From Octopus vulgaris (lineage: Eukaryota), in NCBI GenBank assembly GCA_951406725.2, contig OX597818.1, positions 143,654,001 through 143,718,000 of the forward strand: a stretch of 64,000 nucleotides of DNA, in the 5' to 3' direction. Shown here piece after piece: positions 51,081 to 64,000 of this stretch (position 1 is the stretch's first letter; the number at the start of each line of letters is the position of its first letter). Below the pieces are notes generated by a model. It was given only the letters and a program-made list of their open reading frames with translations. It was not told the origin of the DNA and did no database searches. The translations under genes were made by a program, and so were the position numbers.

Positions 51081-51253
51081 GTTTGCAGAAAGCATGTACA
51101 CATACTTTTTCAATTCACTTCTCTCATTAATAAGACTGATAATGCAGTGCATATGAGCGGTACATACGATTCACCTACATTTGCGACTTTTCGTAACTCA
51201 TCCTGATAAATGTTTGTCTTGTTATTAATATGTTAAACAATTATAATATATAC

Positions 51254-51482
51254 CTATTTCTTTACTACCCACAAGGGGCTAAACACAGAAAGGACAAACA
51301 AGGACAGACAAACGGATTAAGTCGATTATATCGACCCCAGTACGTAACTGGTATTTATTTAATCGACCCCGAAAGGATGGAAGGCAAAGTCGACCTCAGC
51401 GGAATTTGAACTCAGAACGTAGCGGTAGACGAAATACCGCTAAGCATTTCGCCCGACGTGCTAACGTTTCTGCCAGCTCGCC
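51254..51482 (-). mobile_element. Family A SINE, near full length
   Basis: Reverse complement of the 9049-9275 type copy. Confidence 0.9.
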
Positions 51483-52154
51483 ACAATTATAATATATATA
51501 TGCAGATTTGTGTCTGGACCCCGGCGTTGTGTTGTTTCTCTTGGCCAAACTAATTAATCCTCCCAGGCTCGATTCACCAAAGATTATACAGCAATCACCC
51601 TCAAGTAAAAAGAATTACCATAAGCAGTAGGGAATAATATATAATTGACAAATATTTCCGGGCTAAAATTATATCTTCCGACTGACAAAAGGAAAGCAAA
51701 GGAAACGACTCAATGTATCGTTTTCTTATTAGAACAAGACAATGCTTTCAGTCGATATTGCCAACGTTATATTAAATATTAAGACAATCTTTATTTTTGT
51801 TCCAATGAAACTGATTTCTGTAGCAAGAAACTTTCTGAACCAATAACTACCAGCAATAAACTGAAGCTTTTCAAACGACTAAATTGTCTCTTAGAGTAAA
51901 ATAAATAAATAAATGAATAAATAAAATATAAAATAAAAAGCCTTCAGTTAAGGGAAAGAGAAGATTTTTGTAAAGTTTTCTGGTTGAAGAACGGCAGATT
52001 CGCTCTCAGTACGAATTATGGAACGGCTGAAATAATCATTCATCGTTATGTAGCCGAAGAAATAAGTACCTGCGAAATACAGGAGTTGAAATAAACCATT
52101 GTTACTTCGCCACCTCAAACGAGCGGTCTTGTACCCGTGTGAGAAACAGTAATA

Positions 52155-52295
52155 TTAGGTTGTCCCAAAAGTTCGTAAACACTTGCGAAAATTGAATTTT
52201 TACTCGCCAAGTACTAACAAAAACAACAAAAATTATTCCTCAAAATAAAGACCATTATTTTCCAAGACTTTCTACGAACTTTTGGGACAACCTTA
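52155..52295. mobile_element. Mariner-type MITE (141 bp) with TA TSD
   Basis: TIRs ttaggttgtcccaaaagttcgta and tacgaacttttgggacaacctta. TA at 52153-54 and 52296-97. Confidence 0.88.
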
Positions 52296-52578
52296 TAATT
52301 ACTAACAGAGGCTCAAAGCCAGAAATTTCAGGGTGGGATGTCGACTAAATCAACTCCAGTATTTCACTGAAATTCCTTTTATCAATCTCAGAATTTCAAA
52401 AGGAAAATACTGACTTCAGCACGATTTGAACCCCGTAAGTTAAGATCGGAATTATAAGGTCAGTCATTTTGACCGACTCTCTCACTCTTCTGAAACACTT
52501 AGCTTAGAGACAAACGTGAATTGGCAGCAATATGACAGAGCCGTCAAAGCATCTGGTTGAATGTACTGCAGTATTTGT

Positions 52579-52815
52579 AAGGCGGCGAGCTGGCAGAAAC
52601 GTTAGCACGCCGGGCGAAATGCTTAGCGGTATTTCGTCTGTCGTTACGTTCTGAGTTCAAATTCCGCCGAGGTCGACTTTGCCTTTCATCCTTTCGGGGT
52701 CGATAAATTAAGTACCAGTTGCGCACTGGGGTCAATGTAATCGACTTAATACTTATGTCTGTCCTTGTTTGTCCCCTCTATGTTTAGCCCCTTGTGGGTA
52801 ATAAAGAAATAAGTA
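52579..52815 (+). mobile_element. Family A SINE, near full length
   Basis: aaggcggcgagctggcagaaacgttagcacgccgggcgaaatgc...gccccttgtgggtaataaagaaataag. Confidence 0.9.
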
Positions 52816-53589
52816 TTTGTTCCAATCTCCACGTTCTAAGTTCAAATACTGTCAAGGTCAAATACAATAGTATTTTCTCTGTAAATATATAGTCTTCATT
52901 TTTCTCCTGTATGTATGTTTGCGTATACTTATATATACTATTCGCCTCATTTCTATTACTAGCCATCAGCTGTAGCAAGGAATCATACATTGCTTCTTCG
53001 GTTATTAAGGCGGATGGCTGAGAGGTTAAGGATTACGGTTGAGGGATCTATTCCTGGACTGGGTGGTGCGTTACTCTTGAGCAAGGCTCTTCATTTTACG
53101 TTGGTCCTGTCTATCAGCTGAAATGTGTATCAGCCGAGTTTTGGAGTGGTTCTCTTCCTCCAACAGTCCCATTCTGAATGCTCGACTAGGTTTGGGATGG
53201 GAAGGCAGAAAGGATGTGGATGTCTGCTTGCAGATATGTGGTCACCGAAAACAATTAAAAAATGTGGCGGCTCTGCTTTTGTGGTCGTTAAACTGAACAG
53301 TCATATGACCAAAGACATTCCAAATCAGACGGTCTCCTCTCTTTTACGGGTATCTAGAAAACAATATCCAATGTATCCTTTACATATTTAAAATTATAGG
53401 GTGTGGTTTGAAAGAGATTTTGCTGCTACTTCTAGCACGCCTAGCAACCACTTAGGGACCGTTTATTGTTGTTATTGATGTTGGTGGTGTCGTGTTGCTA
53501 TCATTGACACTCTCCTCGTTTGATGTTGTTACAGTTATTGTTATTGCTAATGTTGTTGTTGTTGTTACAGCCGTTGCCATTGCTGTGGT

Positions 53590-53758
53590 TCTAACTGCTG
53601 CTGCTGCTGCTATCGTTGTTGTTGTTGTTGTTGTTTCAACTAGTTTGGTTGTTGTTGTTGGTGGTGGTGGTGGTGGCGGCGGCGGTGGTGGTGTTGGTTG
53701 TTGTTGTTGTTGGTGGTGGTGGTGGTGGTGGTGGTGGTGGCGGCGGTGGTGTTTGTTG

Positions 53759-53790
<32 letters not shown>

Positions 53791-53900
53791 GGTGGTGGTG
53801 GTGGTGGAGGCGGCGGCGGCGGTGGTGGTGTTTGTTGTTGCTGTTGTTGTTGTTGTTGTGGTGGTGGTGGTGGTGGTGGTGGTGGTGGCGGTGGTGGTTG

Positions 53901-53932
<32 letters not shown>

Positions 53933-53953
53933 GGTGGTGGTGGTGGTGGTGGT

Positions 53954-53985
<32 letters not shown>

Positions 53986-54025
53986 TGGTGGTGTTTGTTG
54001 TTGCTGTTGTTGTTGTTGTTGTTGT
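53590..54025. repeat. Compound (GTT)n(GGT)n(GGC)n triplet array
   Basis: Seen directly. Explains the poly-G/V/W/P ORFs. Confidence 0.95.
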
Positions 54026-54237
54026 ATGGCTCCAGGCCATTTTATGATCGAGCTGTCCTCTGACACATAAGGGAGTCTGCTGAACGACAAGGTGTGACCC
54101 CTAGATCCATCTTCTCCTCTATATATACTACATCGTCACCAACTCAACACCCAACCACACCCGCCTTCCTAGGCTAAACTAATTCTCTGTTGTTATTGTT
54201 AATGCTTCTTTTATTGATGTTGTTGTTATTTCTGTTG

Positions 54238-54268
<31 letters not shown>

Positions 54269-55173
54269 CGATGCTGCTTCCATTGTTGTAGTTATTGTTT
54301 ACCTCCAGATCCGCCCTGATCGAGCAGTCGCATGATCAAAGGCGGCCCTTTTTTTTTCTTGCCTTTTTTTTTTTAATACATGCATCCGAAAACCCATTAC
54401 GTATCCCTCCTCATGCATTGAGCAATATCTGGCTGTTATTTCTAGCAGCTCGAGTGACTACATAATGGCTACCTTGTTGGCTTGGTGCTGTTACTGATGT
54501 TGAAGTTAACGCTTTTATTATTATTTATTAATAATGATTTTTCTTTTTGTTTTGTTTTTGTTATGATTCCTTTTTTTTCTTTCTTTTTTTTTTTCGCTGC
54601 TGCTGCTGCTGTTGCTGGCGCGAACGTTAAATGCAGGTTTTTATAGATGGCGCTTTGCCAGTGAAGTGCCGTCATGGTATTGCCTGAGGCTATAAATGCT
54701 GTTGTGTCCGTCAGGCACGACTGATGATCTCATTGGAAACTGGAGACTGATCAGATAAAGTTATAAATGTGACAAATTACCAGAGTAAGGAGAGGGGGAA
54801 GGGTGGATAGGGTGGCAGAAAGATAGGTTGGAAGAGGGTAAGAGGGCGAGAGGGGGGTAGTAGGGGCTGACTAGGAGACAGGTTAGCAGGAGGAGATAGT
54901 GTGACAAAGACAAAGGCATGGATGGAAAGAGAGAGAGAGAGAGGGATACGAAGATATAAAAACAGAAATAGACAAAACGAGAACAACAGAGGAGAGAGAG
55001 GAGAAAGTACAAATAAAAAGAATCGATTAAGAGAGAGAGAAAGAGGAAGCCAAAACAAGAGAGAGAGAGAGAGGGGGGATGGAGGGAGAGAGAAGAAACG
55101 AAAGGAGTAAACGAAAGCGAAAATTATAAAAGGAGAGAGAGATGGGGTACAAAGAAAGGAATGACACATATAG

Positions 55174-55223
<50 letters not shown>

Positions 55224-55972
55224 TGGCATGCTTACAAAAATTGATTTTACGGTTCAGATTTCGAATTTTATTAGAAACCAAATTAGCTTTTTAATCTCCC
55301 AGAATATTTATAACACATATTAAAATCCGTAATCGCTAGCTTCCACTAGTCGTTGTATTTGTATACATTAACAATAAAGTTATCTGAATTCAAATAAATG
55401 AAGATTTATATTGAAATATAATTCTTGTGTACTCTCCTAGTGAACTCATTTGATATCAGAATACACACATATCGAATCAGTGTGATTGTGCACTTAAGAG
55501 AACAGCTTATGTTTTTTGTGAGGTTTTTTTTCTTTCTTTCTAAATTTTTTATATTGATATCTAGGTTCACACGATTTTTGACAAAGAAGCAGGTCGGCAT
55601 TGAATAACATATAAAGGGAATTCAGTCTTTGTGAGAATAGAAATAGCTATTTTATATTATCAGCACCCGAAACTTTTGAGATTCCATAGTTGTAATTTAC
55701 AATTCTGTGATTCTTGATACCTTCTAAGAATTCATAAAGCGAAATAGTCAAAATATCAAAATTGCAGTCTTGAAGAAAGAAGGAAAAAATCAATTCTTTT
55801 TGGTCAATCCCAAGTTTGGATAAATTAAGTTTGCCCAGAACATGAAAGAAAAAGGAGAAATGATTTCAATAAATTAAGAATTAATTTTAAGAATTCTCAT
55901 ACTTGAGAGAAACCTGATCTTTGTTAGCGAAAACGGGGACAAACAACAACGGACATGCTTGGGGACCTTGTG

Positions 55973-56280
55973 GAAGGCGCGTGGCTTAGCGGTTAGGGTA
56001 TTCGACTCCCAATTGTAAGGTCGAGAGTTCGATTCCCAGCGGCACGTTGTGTCTTTGAGAAAGGCTCTGTATCTCAAGTTGCTCCAATCCATTCAGCTGG
56101 CAAAAATGAGTTGTACCTGTAATTCAAAGGGCCAACTTTGTCACATTCTGTGTTAGGCAAAATCTCCCTATGGGTACGCGTGTCTGTGGAATGCTCAGCC
56201 ACTTGTACATTAATTATTCGAGCAGTCCGTTCCGTTGATCGGATCAAATGGAACACTCGTTGTCGTAATCGACAGAGAAC
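55973..56280 (+). mobile_element. tRNA-derived SINE (family C)
   Basis: gaaggcgcgtggcttagcggttagggtattcgactc...gagttcgattccc head. Body is shared with 11667-11950. Confidence 0.8.
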
Positions 56281-59189
56281 AAGACACTTTGTCAGTGCAA
56301 TGGAGTCGAACATAGATTCTTGCTAATGCGCTGGTGTATCTCAGGTAACATGGTTATAGTAGAGTAAGACAACAGGGTAATGCCATTAGTAGGAGAGGTT
56401 AAGAAGGTAAAGGAGGATGAAATACTGTAACTGAATAAATTAAGAGAAGTTAGAAGTTATTCCGTTACTTTTCTAATCTCTCCAATTAACGGTGTTACCC
56501 TGCTGTCTTATAGATAATTGCATTTTTAAAATCGTTCTGAATAATATGCAGGATATACAAAAGTGAGTGAAGGGAAATAACCTAAGTATGCCGATGGCAT
56601 GACTTGTGATATATCATATATAGATGTACACAATGGCGTAAAAAATATTCCTCATGAAATTTTCCTTTTAGTTGGAGAAAGAAAACAAAAACTTAGTGAC
56701 ACATTCGTTTGCGAAACGCAAAGAAAGCATTATTGTATATTTTCAGATAATTTTCTATTTATTCAAATTATCAGTTTTTCACTTTATGAATCGCTGACAA
56801 ATGCTGCTAGGATTTTGTTTACTTTCTCCAACAAGAAAATTTTAATTCGTTGAAAGTTTTTATTTTTCTTCTTTATTTTTGCGATCGTCTTTCAGTACAT
56901 GTGTACATACCTAATTTATCTCAGCTCATGACACTGTTTTATTTGAGTTATTTCCCTTAATTCTATTTTTATCATTTCGATATGTTCGACATTATATCAT
57001 TTGTTGAAAAACCGTTTTACTATGAACAGTGAAAATTTGCTTCATGTTATTTTCTTGAATATTAAACTTTGAAACACAGGTCGCAAGAATGTCTTTGTGG
57101 TCCAGAAATTCGCCTTGTAACCCATTAGTACCTGGGTGTGCGGCACATGGGACAAATATTTTCAACCGTGGCCTCTGGTCGACCAAAGCCATGTAAGTGA
57201 AATTTAGCATACTTGAAAATTTGGAAACTATGCAGAAGCCTGTTGCATGATCTATAATATTCTTCTGGGCTTAAACTTAATATGTCACTCTGTTTGACAT
57301 CACCACCTGAACATTAGATACTTTGAACAGAGTCTCCTCTGAATCGAGCATTCAGGCTATGACTTCATTCTGAGGATAACTTCATCCTGACAGTGTTGAA
57401 GACTCTGTAAAACGGTATTAAACGATAACCCTCCTCCTCCGCCGCCGCCGCCTCCTCCTCCTCCGCCGCCTCCTCTTCCTCTGAATGAATGAATGAATGA
57501 AGTATTCATACAGTCAAGTTTCAAACTAAAAAAATATGAGCCACTTCTCTATGACAATGATTTAGTTACGTATGGACACTGCTACCGAATTTCCTCATGA
57601 TTGCGGCTAATTCACTGATAGCCAGAGGGAAACAAATAGGATTCATCATCTTGACCAGTGAATCAGAGTAGCACATCTTATAAGATACGAACTCGTGACC
57701 TTAGTAGCTCAGTAGCTGATTGCTTAACCATTCGGCCATTGCAAACCCACTTACATATAAAGTTGCATCGATATCCAAACAAAGATTTCATATCACAGTG
57801 AGAACATCAAATTAGCAATCCAACATGAACTGCATATTTATCAGCAAAACTACAATGAAACGGAGATGGAGTTAGAAACGAGCAGACATCCTTTCTTGTT
57901 GACAGTGAGCAAGAGCGAACTCTTTACATTTTTTCTTTCATATTCCTCTCCCCGACGTTTTTTTTTTTTACACTTTCTATCACTGTTTACTTATTTCATT
58001 TTTTTTTTTCTTTCTTTCTGTTCGGAAGAGAGGTGTGGGAGAAAGCTTTTACATCAGGACTTTTGCGAGAATACCAATTGTTTCCCAAATGTTCTAATGC
58101 GAAGTAATAACAACGGCGCGTGCAGTGAAGCACGTCTTGATCTAAAGTGGAGAGAGGGCGATCGTCTAAATTTGGGCAACTAGTCATGTTAAGAGAAATA
58201 AAGAACTGCTGCATCAAATAGCCAGATTGTCGTGGTTGATGTCGTCTTTGTCTTTTTTTTTATTGTTTGTTTTTTCTTTCTTATTTTTTTTTTATCGTAT
58301 TCGTTGTCATTGTTGTTATTGTTTTATTATTATTGTCTTTGTCGAATTTATTTTGTGTGTTTCTTTATTTGCAACTGATTTGAACATAGAAGAATCACTT
58401 GATACATGTTTTTATCTTGAATAGTTTAAAGCCCGGCTGGCATTTTTTTACGAGATATTTACGGTAAATGTCATGAAATCAAGCATTGTTGAAAGACCGT
58501 AAGCTGCAAATGCTGCCTGAAAAGCTTATCAATTAAAGCAATTCATTAATTCAGAACCGTTGTCCAAATATATAAAATGTACTACGTTTTTTTAAATTTT
58601 ATTTTCATTTCTTTTATTATTTTTTTATTATTATTTTAAGATTTTGGGCGCTCTCTAAAACGTGTATATTTGTGACTATAAAAAGGAATACTTCTAAATG
58701 TTGTTTAGTCTCAGGTCTACCTTGATTTGATAAATCCTGTGATCAAAGGTGTTCCAACTGAGACCATCCCGTACTTTTGGGAGTAATTGGGAATGCATTA
58801 TTTGTTACTAATTTTATTTATTTTTTTCTTTGGTTCAGACCACCATTGATCAATTAGACCTATGCCAACGACGTTCCAGCCGTGCCCGTACGGCTCTAAT
58901 GTAAATCAGGAGCTACATTGTTCAATGTATCCTGTGAATTGAGGGTGATGTGGCTGTTATTACTAGCAAGTTGAGTGGCCATGTCGTGGAAACCCCCTTT
59001 GACCCGCCAAACATCTAAACATTGAAAAAGCGAGCTGTTCAGGACAATCATTTCATATATCTAATCTGTAACGATTCAGCTTTTGAGCTGTTCGAGGGAA
59101 ATCGTTTGATAATGAGATCTTGATCCAAGGAAATTAATAAATGTTTCCTTTTTTATTTTCCGAATATTATTCAACGTTAATGTAATAGC

Positions 59190-59485
59190 TTCTAAATTCC
59201 GCCGAGGTCGACTCTGCCTTTCATCCTTTCGGGATCGATAAAATAAGTATCAGCCACGCCTACGCCGAATATACATTTTTAGAACATCAGTTTCATTAGC
59301 TCTGAAAGACGGCGACCTGGCAGAATCGTTTCTGCGCCGGACAAAATGTCTAGCGGCATTTCGTCTATCTTTACGTTCAAAGTTCAAATTCTGCCGAGGT
59401 CGACTTTTATTTTTTCGAGGTTGATAAAATCAGTACCAGTTGAACACTGGGGTCGATATTACTAGCCTTGAGCCAAAATTTGAAA
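59190..59485 (+). mobile_element. Partial and degenerate family A SINE copies
   Basis: Core motifs at 59195-59250 and 59306-59465. Another copy lies at about 60068-60230. Confidence 0.75.
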
Positions 59486-60379
59486 TCAGTTTATTAGCTC
59501 TGTATGGAACATTGAATAACATCATTTCTGAAGGCGTTTGAATCATGAAAGCTAGATTTCTAGCCACGTTCTCGATTATTTCTTCCTTTCTCAACGCGAG
59601 CCTTAGACCAGCTAAGCTAGCTACCAACTTAGAATTTCGAAGCCGAGGGGTGCTGCGTGATCCTGATTAAGAGTCTATTCCAGGTATTGTCAGCCGAAGC
59701 CAGATGAGCCTAGGTATCTGGTAAGCTGGGGATGTCACTGATATCCACAACTATCAATCTCGCTTTTGTTATTAGTGTTTAGATCCAGGTCAATCTTTAT
59801 TGAGCACACTTATGATCAAACGGTTTCCAGCCAAAAACATCACGTATCTTGACTACATTATCCACTACGTCCTTCCTTGTCTAATACATTGGGATTTGAT
59901 TTGAGGGAAATGTTGTTGTTTCTCTAGCATGTTGAGCTATGATGTAGAAGTTGCACTTTTAGTTTAAGCCGTTTCAATGACTTTCTGATAAGTTGGTTGA
60001 ATCCTCCCAAATCAGAAGATTATCATTTTTCACACAGGCGAAATATATTTTAATATTTACATTTACAAAGGCAGCGAGCTTTGTCACATTTCGTCCGTCT
60101 TTACGGTCTCAGTTCAAATTCTACTGAGGTCGACTTTATCTTTCACCCTTTCGGGGTCGATAAAATAAGTACCAGTTGAGCACGGGAGTCGATGTAACCA
60201 CATTAGCCCCTTCCCCAAAACTGCTGGCCAATATTTTCATTTACACTTAATTTCATCCCCAAACATCACTAATCTTATTCCTGAGTGTTTACGCAGTTCC
60301 AAACTTCTCTGGGTCGAACTTGTAAGCGTCATTTATGAATTAATTTTTTAATTACAAGCCAACCATAATGCTGATCTAG

Positions 60380-60980
60380 TTGGTAGTAGTAAACACTACA
60401 AGGCCACTGCTGCATGTACAGTTATTGTTGGTAACCTAAATTTTCTGGCAGTAGCCAATTAGTTCGTTATTACCAGTTTTTTGGGGGTCTTTTTGGCTAG
60501 TCTGAAGGAAGGGTCAGCGTCTTTGATTTTTGCTGACTCTCTGACATCAGTGAAATTGATGAAATTAATGTTCCATTTAGACTGTTGCAAACTGAAAACA
60601 GCTGGAAGACATGAGCAGAGATAAAGTCTCTGAGAGTTGACGTTCTGGGAAGGGAGCGCTGGAAGAAGCAGCTACAGTGGGGCAGGGGTGTTGGCATAAT
60701 ATGAGTGGTGAGAGAAGAAAAGATAGACGATCTAGGAGTACCTGAGTGGATATGAACAGGTAGCCCTAAGGAGTAGTGGCTTCTATAGTAGAAGTAGAAA
60801 GGACGGGAGAGAAAACAGTACTCCATGATGTCTTGTGTGTGCAGCAGTAACACTGTCCCAGATGTAGAGGCAGTACCCCATTCTTGTCCTCATCTGAGCT
60901 TTATAATTTCGAATTAAAAGTGCACACCAGCCTGATACATTGAATACATTTAAGAATATCTGATGACCTCCAGAGATCAA
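60380..60980 (-). mobile_element. Possible decayed CR1/Jockey-group LINE 3' fragment
   Basis: Translation fragments such as YKAQMRTRMGYCLYIWD, FSLPSFLLL/FYFYY and CFFQR resemble CR1-group ORF2 C-termini (YK..IRP.MEYC..IW). Weak. Confidence 0.45.
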
Positions 60981-62169
60981 ACCAAAGTGGATATAAAATT
61001 TTCCATGTCAAAATAGTTGCTCATAATTTAATCGATTATCAATAAAATAACTCAGATATTTTCACACTTCCTAGCATGTAATTCACTTCCATACAGGGTA
61101 TCTCCTTTACATTGATTTAACGACAATGTGTTAAACCTGAGTCACTTCACCTGTCCTGATAGCTTTATTATTTAGGTAGAGCAAGCGATTACGAGAGAGA
61201 AGAATCGATCACTGTACTACTACTTTATTTATCAGACACAAATGGACGAACGGCAAAGTTAATCTCTGCGAGATTTCAGAGTGTAGAAGGAAACAGCGTC
61301 GTTTTAATGACCCCACCAATTCGCATTCCCTTAAATTGTTAAAAAAACATTCTTACATAACTATACGGTTTTAGGCCATCGATTGCTATTCAGTTTCAAC
61401 TTCTATTCGTCGTTGTCAGCAGGAAAAAATTGAGGGCGAAGAGAGAAATTCCAGAAAGTTCTAGGAGGAAAAGGAAGAACCAGGCAAAAAGTTTAGTAAA
61501 GATTTTGTTGGGTGAAACAGTTTCTACGATGAGATGAGGATAGAGATGAGTGCATTCGATGGGTTTGTGCGGCGGCGGTGACACACAACTTATTAGTTCA
61601 AAGAATTAAGAGTCATTATCGTAGCAGAGATGGAGACAAGATGCAACCCTGCGATGAGGTAGGGGTTCGTTAGGTATGTCTAACGCTGCTGCTTTCATTT
61701 TTGCCTATATTTGTTTGTTATTTATATAATTATTTATTAGGCAGCGCTCCACTCATTGTTGATACGATGCCATTGGAGTGAGGCTTGCATTTGGCAAGAA
61801 GCATGCAGTTTCTGTTTCTGTTCACCATTGTCCCTCTCATTAAAAAGAAGCACGATCAAGTCTTAACTGGAAGGAGTGACAGAGAGAGTCAAGTGGTTTC
61901 ATTAATGGCTTATCATGATTGGAAAAGCGCATCATTACGGATTGGTCGGAGATAATTGAGGAAACACTTGATAAAGCTTTACCATTGTTAATAATTAGTT
62001 AATAATATTATCCGTCAATCTTTTCTCTCTCCTCCTCACCACCACCACCACCTCTTTCTCCCTCCTCTCCTCTCTCTTTCTCTCTCTCTCTCTCTCTCCT
62101 CACCACCACCACCTCTTTCTCCCTCCTCTCCTCTCTCTCTCCTCACCACCACCTCTTTCTCCCTCTTCT

Positions 62170-62205
<36 letters not shown>

Positions 62206-62761
62206 GGCATTTCATTGAAAATAGCGAAATTACTCTTATAAATAGTTCCTTCATGTTCTCGGCTGCCTTTATTACTCTCTCTCCTTCACCTTATCTACTC
62301 TCTCTCTCTCTCTCTCTCTCTCTTATCGCCACACCCACATATTTCACTCTTTTCATTTCAGTCTCTTTCCTTTCTTTTCTTTTTTTCTCCATTTCGTTCA
62401 TCTTTTTTCATTCTTTTTCATTCATTCTCCTCATTTTCTTTCTTTCTATATTTAACTTTCCTCATCTTCTTTCTTCCTTTTCTTTCGCTATCCTCGTTTT
62501 TTATTATTTATTTTACTAATATTACCTTCTCTCTTACTTTCTATCTTCATATTCATTCCACCTTTATTTTATTTTATTTCCTTCTTTCTTTCTTTCTCTC
62601 CTTCTTTCTTTCTTTCTTTCTTTCTTCATTCATTCATTCATGTACTTACATCTTGCTGTCTAAGCTTGTCTGGTTATCTCGATGTGTGTCCCCCCTCCCA
62701 TTACGCACACCACACAATATTCCTATATGTAAATAATTGGATATGGAGGGGGAAAAAATGA

Positions 62762-62907
62762 ACACACACACACCTACATACATACATACATTCATACATA
62801 CATACATACATACATACATTCATACATACATACATACATACATACATACATACATACATACATACATACATACACACACACATACATACATACATACATA
62901 CATACAT

Positions 62908-62939
<32 letters not shown>

Positions 62940-62962
62940 CTACATACATACATACATATACA

Positions 62963-62994
<32 letters not shown>

Positions 62995-63015
62995 CATACA
63001 TACATACATACATAC

Positions 63016-63046
<31 letters not shown>

Positions 63047-63126
63047 CATACATACATACATATACATACATACATACATACATACATACATACATACATA
63101 CATACATACATACATACATACATACA

Positions 63127-63158
<32 letters not shown>

Positions 63159-63196
63159 CATACATACATACATACATACATACATACATACATACA

Positions 63197-63228
<32 letters not shown>

Positions 63229-63494
63229 CATACATACATACATACATACATAAATACATACATACATGCATACATACATAGATACACACATACACACATA
63301 CATACATACATACATACATACATACATACATACATACATACATACATACATACATACATACATACATACATACATACATACATACATACATACATACATA
63401 CATACATACATACATACATACATACATACATACATACATACATACATACATACATACATACATACATACATACATACATACATACATACATACA

Positions 63495-63528
<34 letters not shown>
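62762..63528. repeat. (CATA)n microsatellite, about 770 bp
   Basis: Seen directly. Explains the MYVC/HTYI ORFs. Confidence 0.97.
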
Positions 63529-63530
<2 letters not shown>

Positions 63531-63767
63531 TTCCAATTCACGTGAGCCTTCTAAGCTATCTTAAGGTCTTAAGGAGCTTTCTGTCTATATATTTCTTAAA
63601 TATATATGTGGTGCAGCTATTGTAAATCAGTCTGACACAGGATCTTTCCTCTCCCAGCGCCACCCCTCCGACCCTCAAACCTAACAAAATACTCCTCAAT
63701 TGCACAGTGTTTCTGGCTTATTTTTTTATAGAATTGCATCTTCTCAGTAGTATTTGCAGCGATGTAT

Positions 63768-63824
<57 letters not shown>

Positions 63825-63838
63825 CAGCAGTAGTAGTT

Positions 63839-63888
<50 letters not shown>

Positions 63889-63889
63889 G

Positions 63890-63951
<62 letters not shown>

Positions 63952-63993
63952 CGTGGTGCCGGCGGTGGCGGTGGCGGTGGTGGTGGTGGTGGT
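63768..63993. repeat. (TAG)n/(GGT)n microsatellite
   Basis: Seen directly. Confidence 0.95.
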
Positions 63994-64000
63994 CTCAGAG

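Noticed and set aside
54721-54760. CTGATGA...GAAA hammerhead, or C/D-box snoRNA
   Set aside because: No credible helix II, no UH after the putative helix III, and the C-to-D box spacing is far too short for a snoRNA.
61780-61990. TAAT-rich unique island as a conserved enhancer (similar islands at about 20280-20400 and 21720-21900)
   Set aside because: Short motifs are expected by chance in AT-rich DNA. A cross-species alignment would be needed and I cannot run one.

Overview
AT-rich, microsatellite-saturated metazoan DNA. The SINE families and simple repeats suggest an octopus or other coleoid cephalopod genome (inference). It is mostly intergenic or intronic. The only long intact ORF (42315-44690, +) is a Penelope-like retroelement (PLE) RT plus GIY-YIG endonuclease. 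It lies between apparently identical 597-bp inverted repeats. Each repeat carries a 5x44-bp array and a minimal hammerhead-ribozyme candidate with a U3-A8 core variant. The element has inserted into the internal (TA)n tract of a SINE and split it. The rest is a layered TE landscape: tRNA-derived SINEs, R4/Dong-type LINE ends in (TAA)n tracts, and a CR1-group RT remnant interrupted by a 390-bp Helitron. There is also a decayed L1/Tx1-like LINE, hAT and mariner remnants, a Merlin-like MITE carrying TTAGGG repeats, a mariner MITE, a DINE-1/Helentron-like element and a second decayed PLE endonuclease. One candidate host signal is a duplicated TATA + ATG + splice-donor module (48455 and 50981). Most short ORFs in the track are microsatellite artefacts. 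All calls are by-eye motif recognition; no searches were run.
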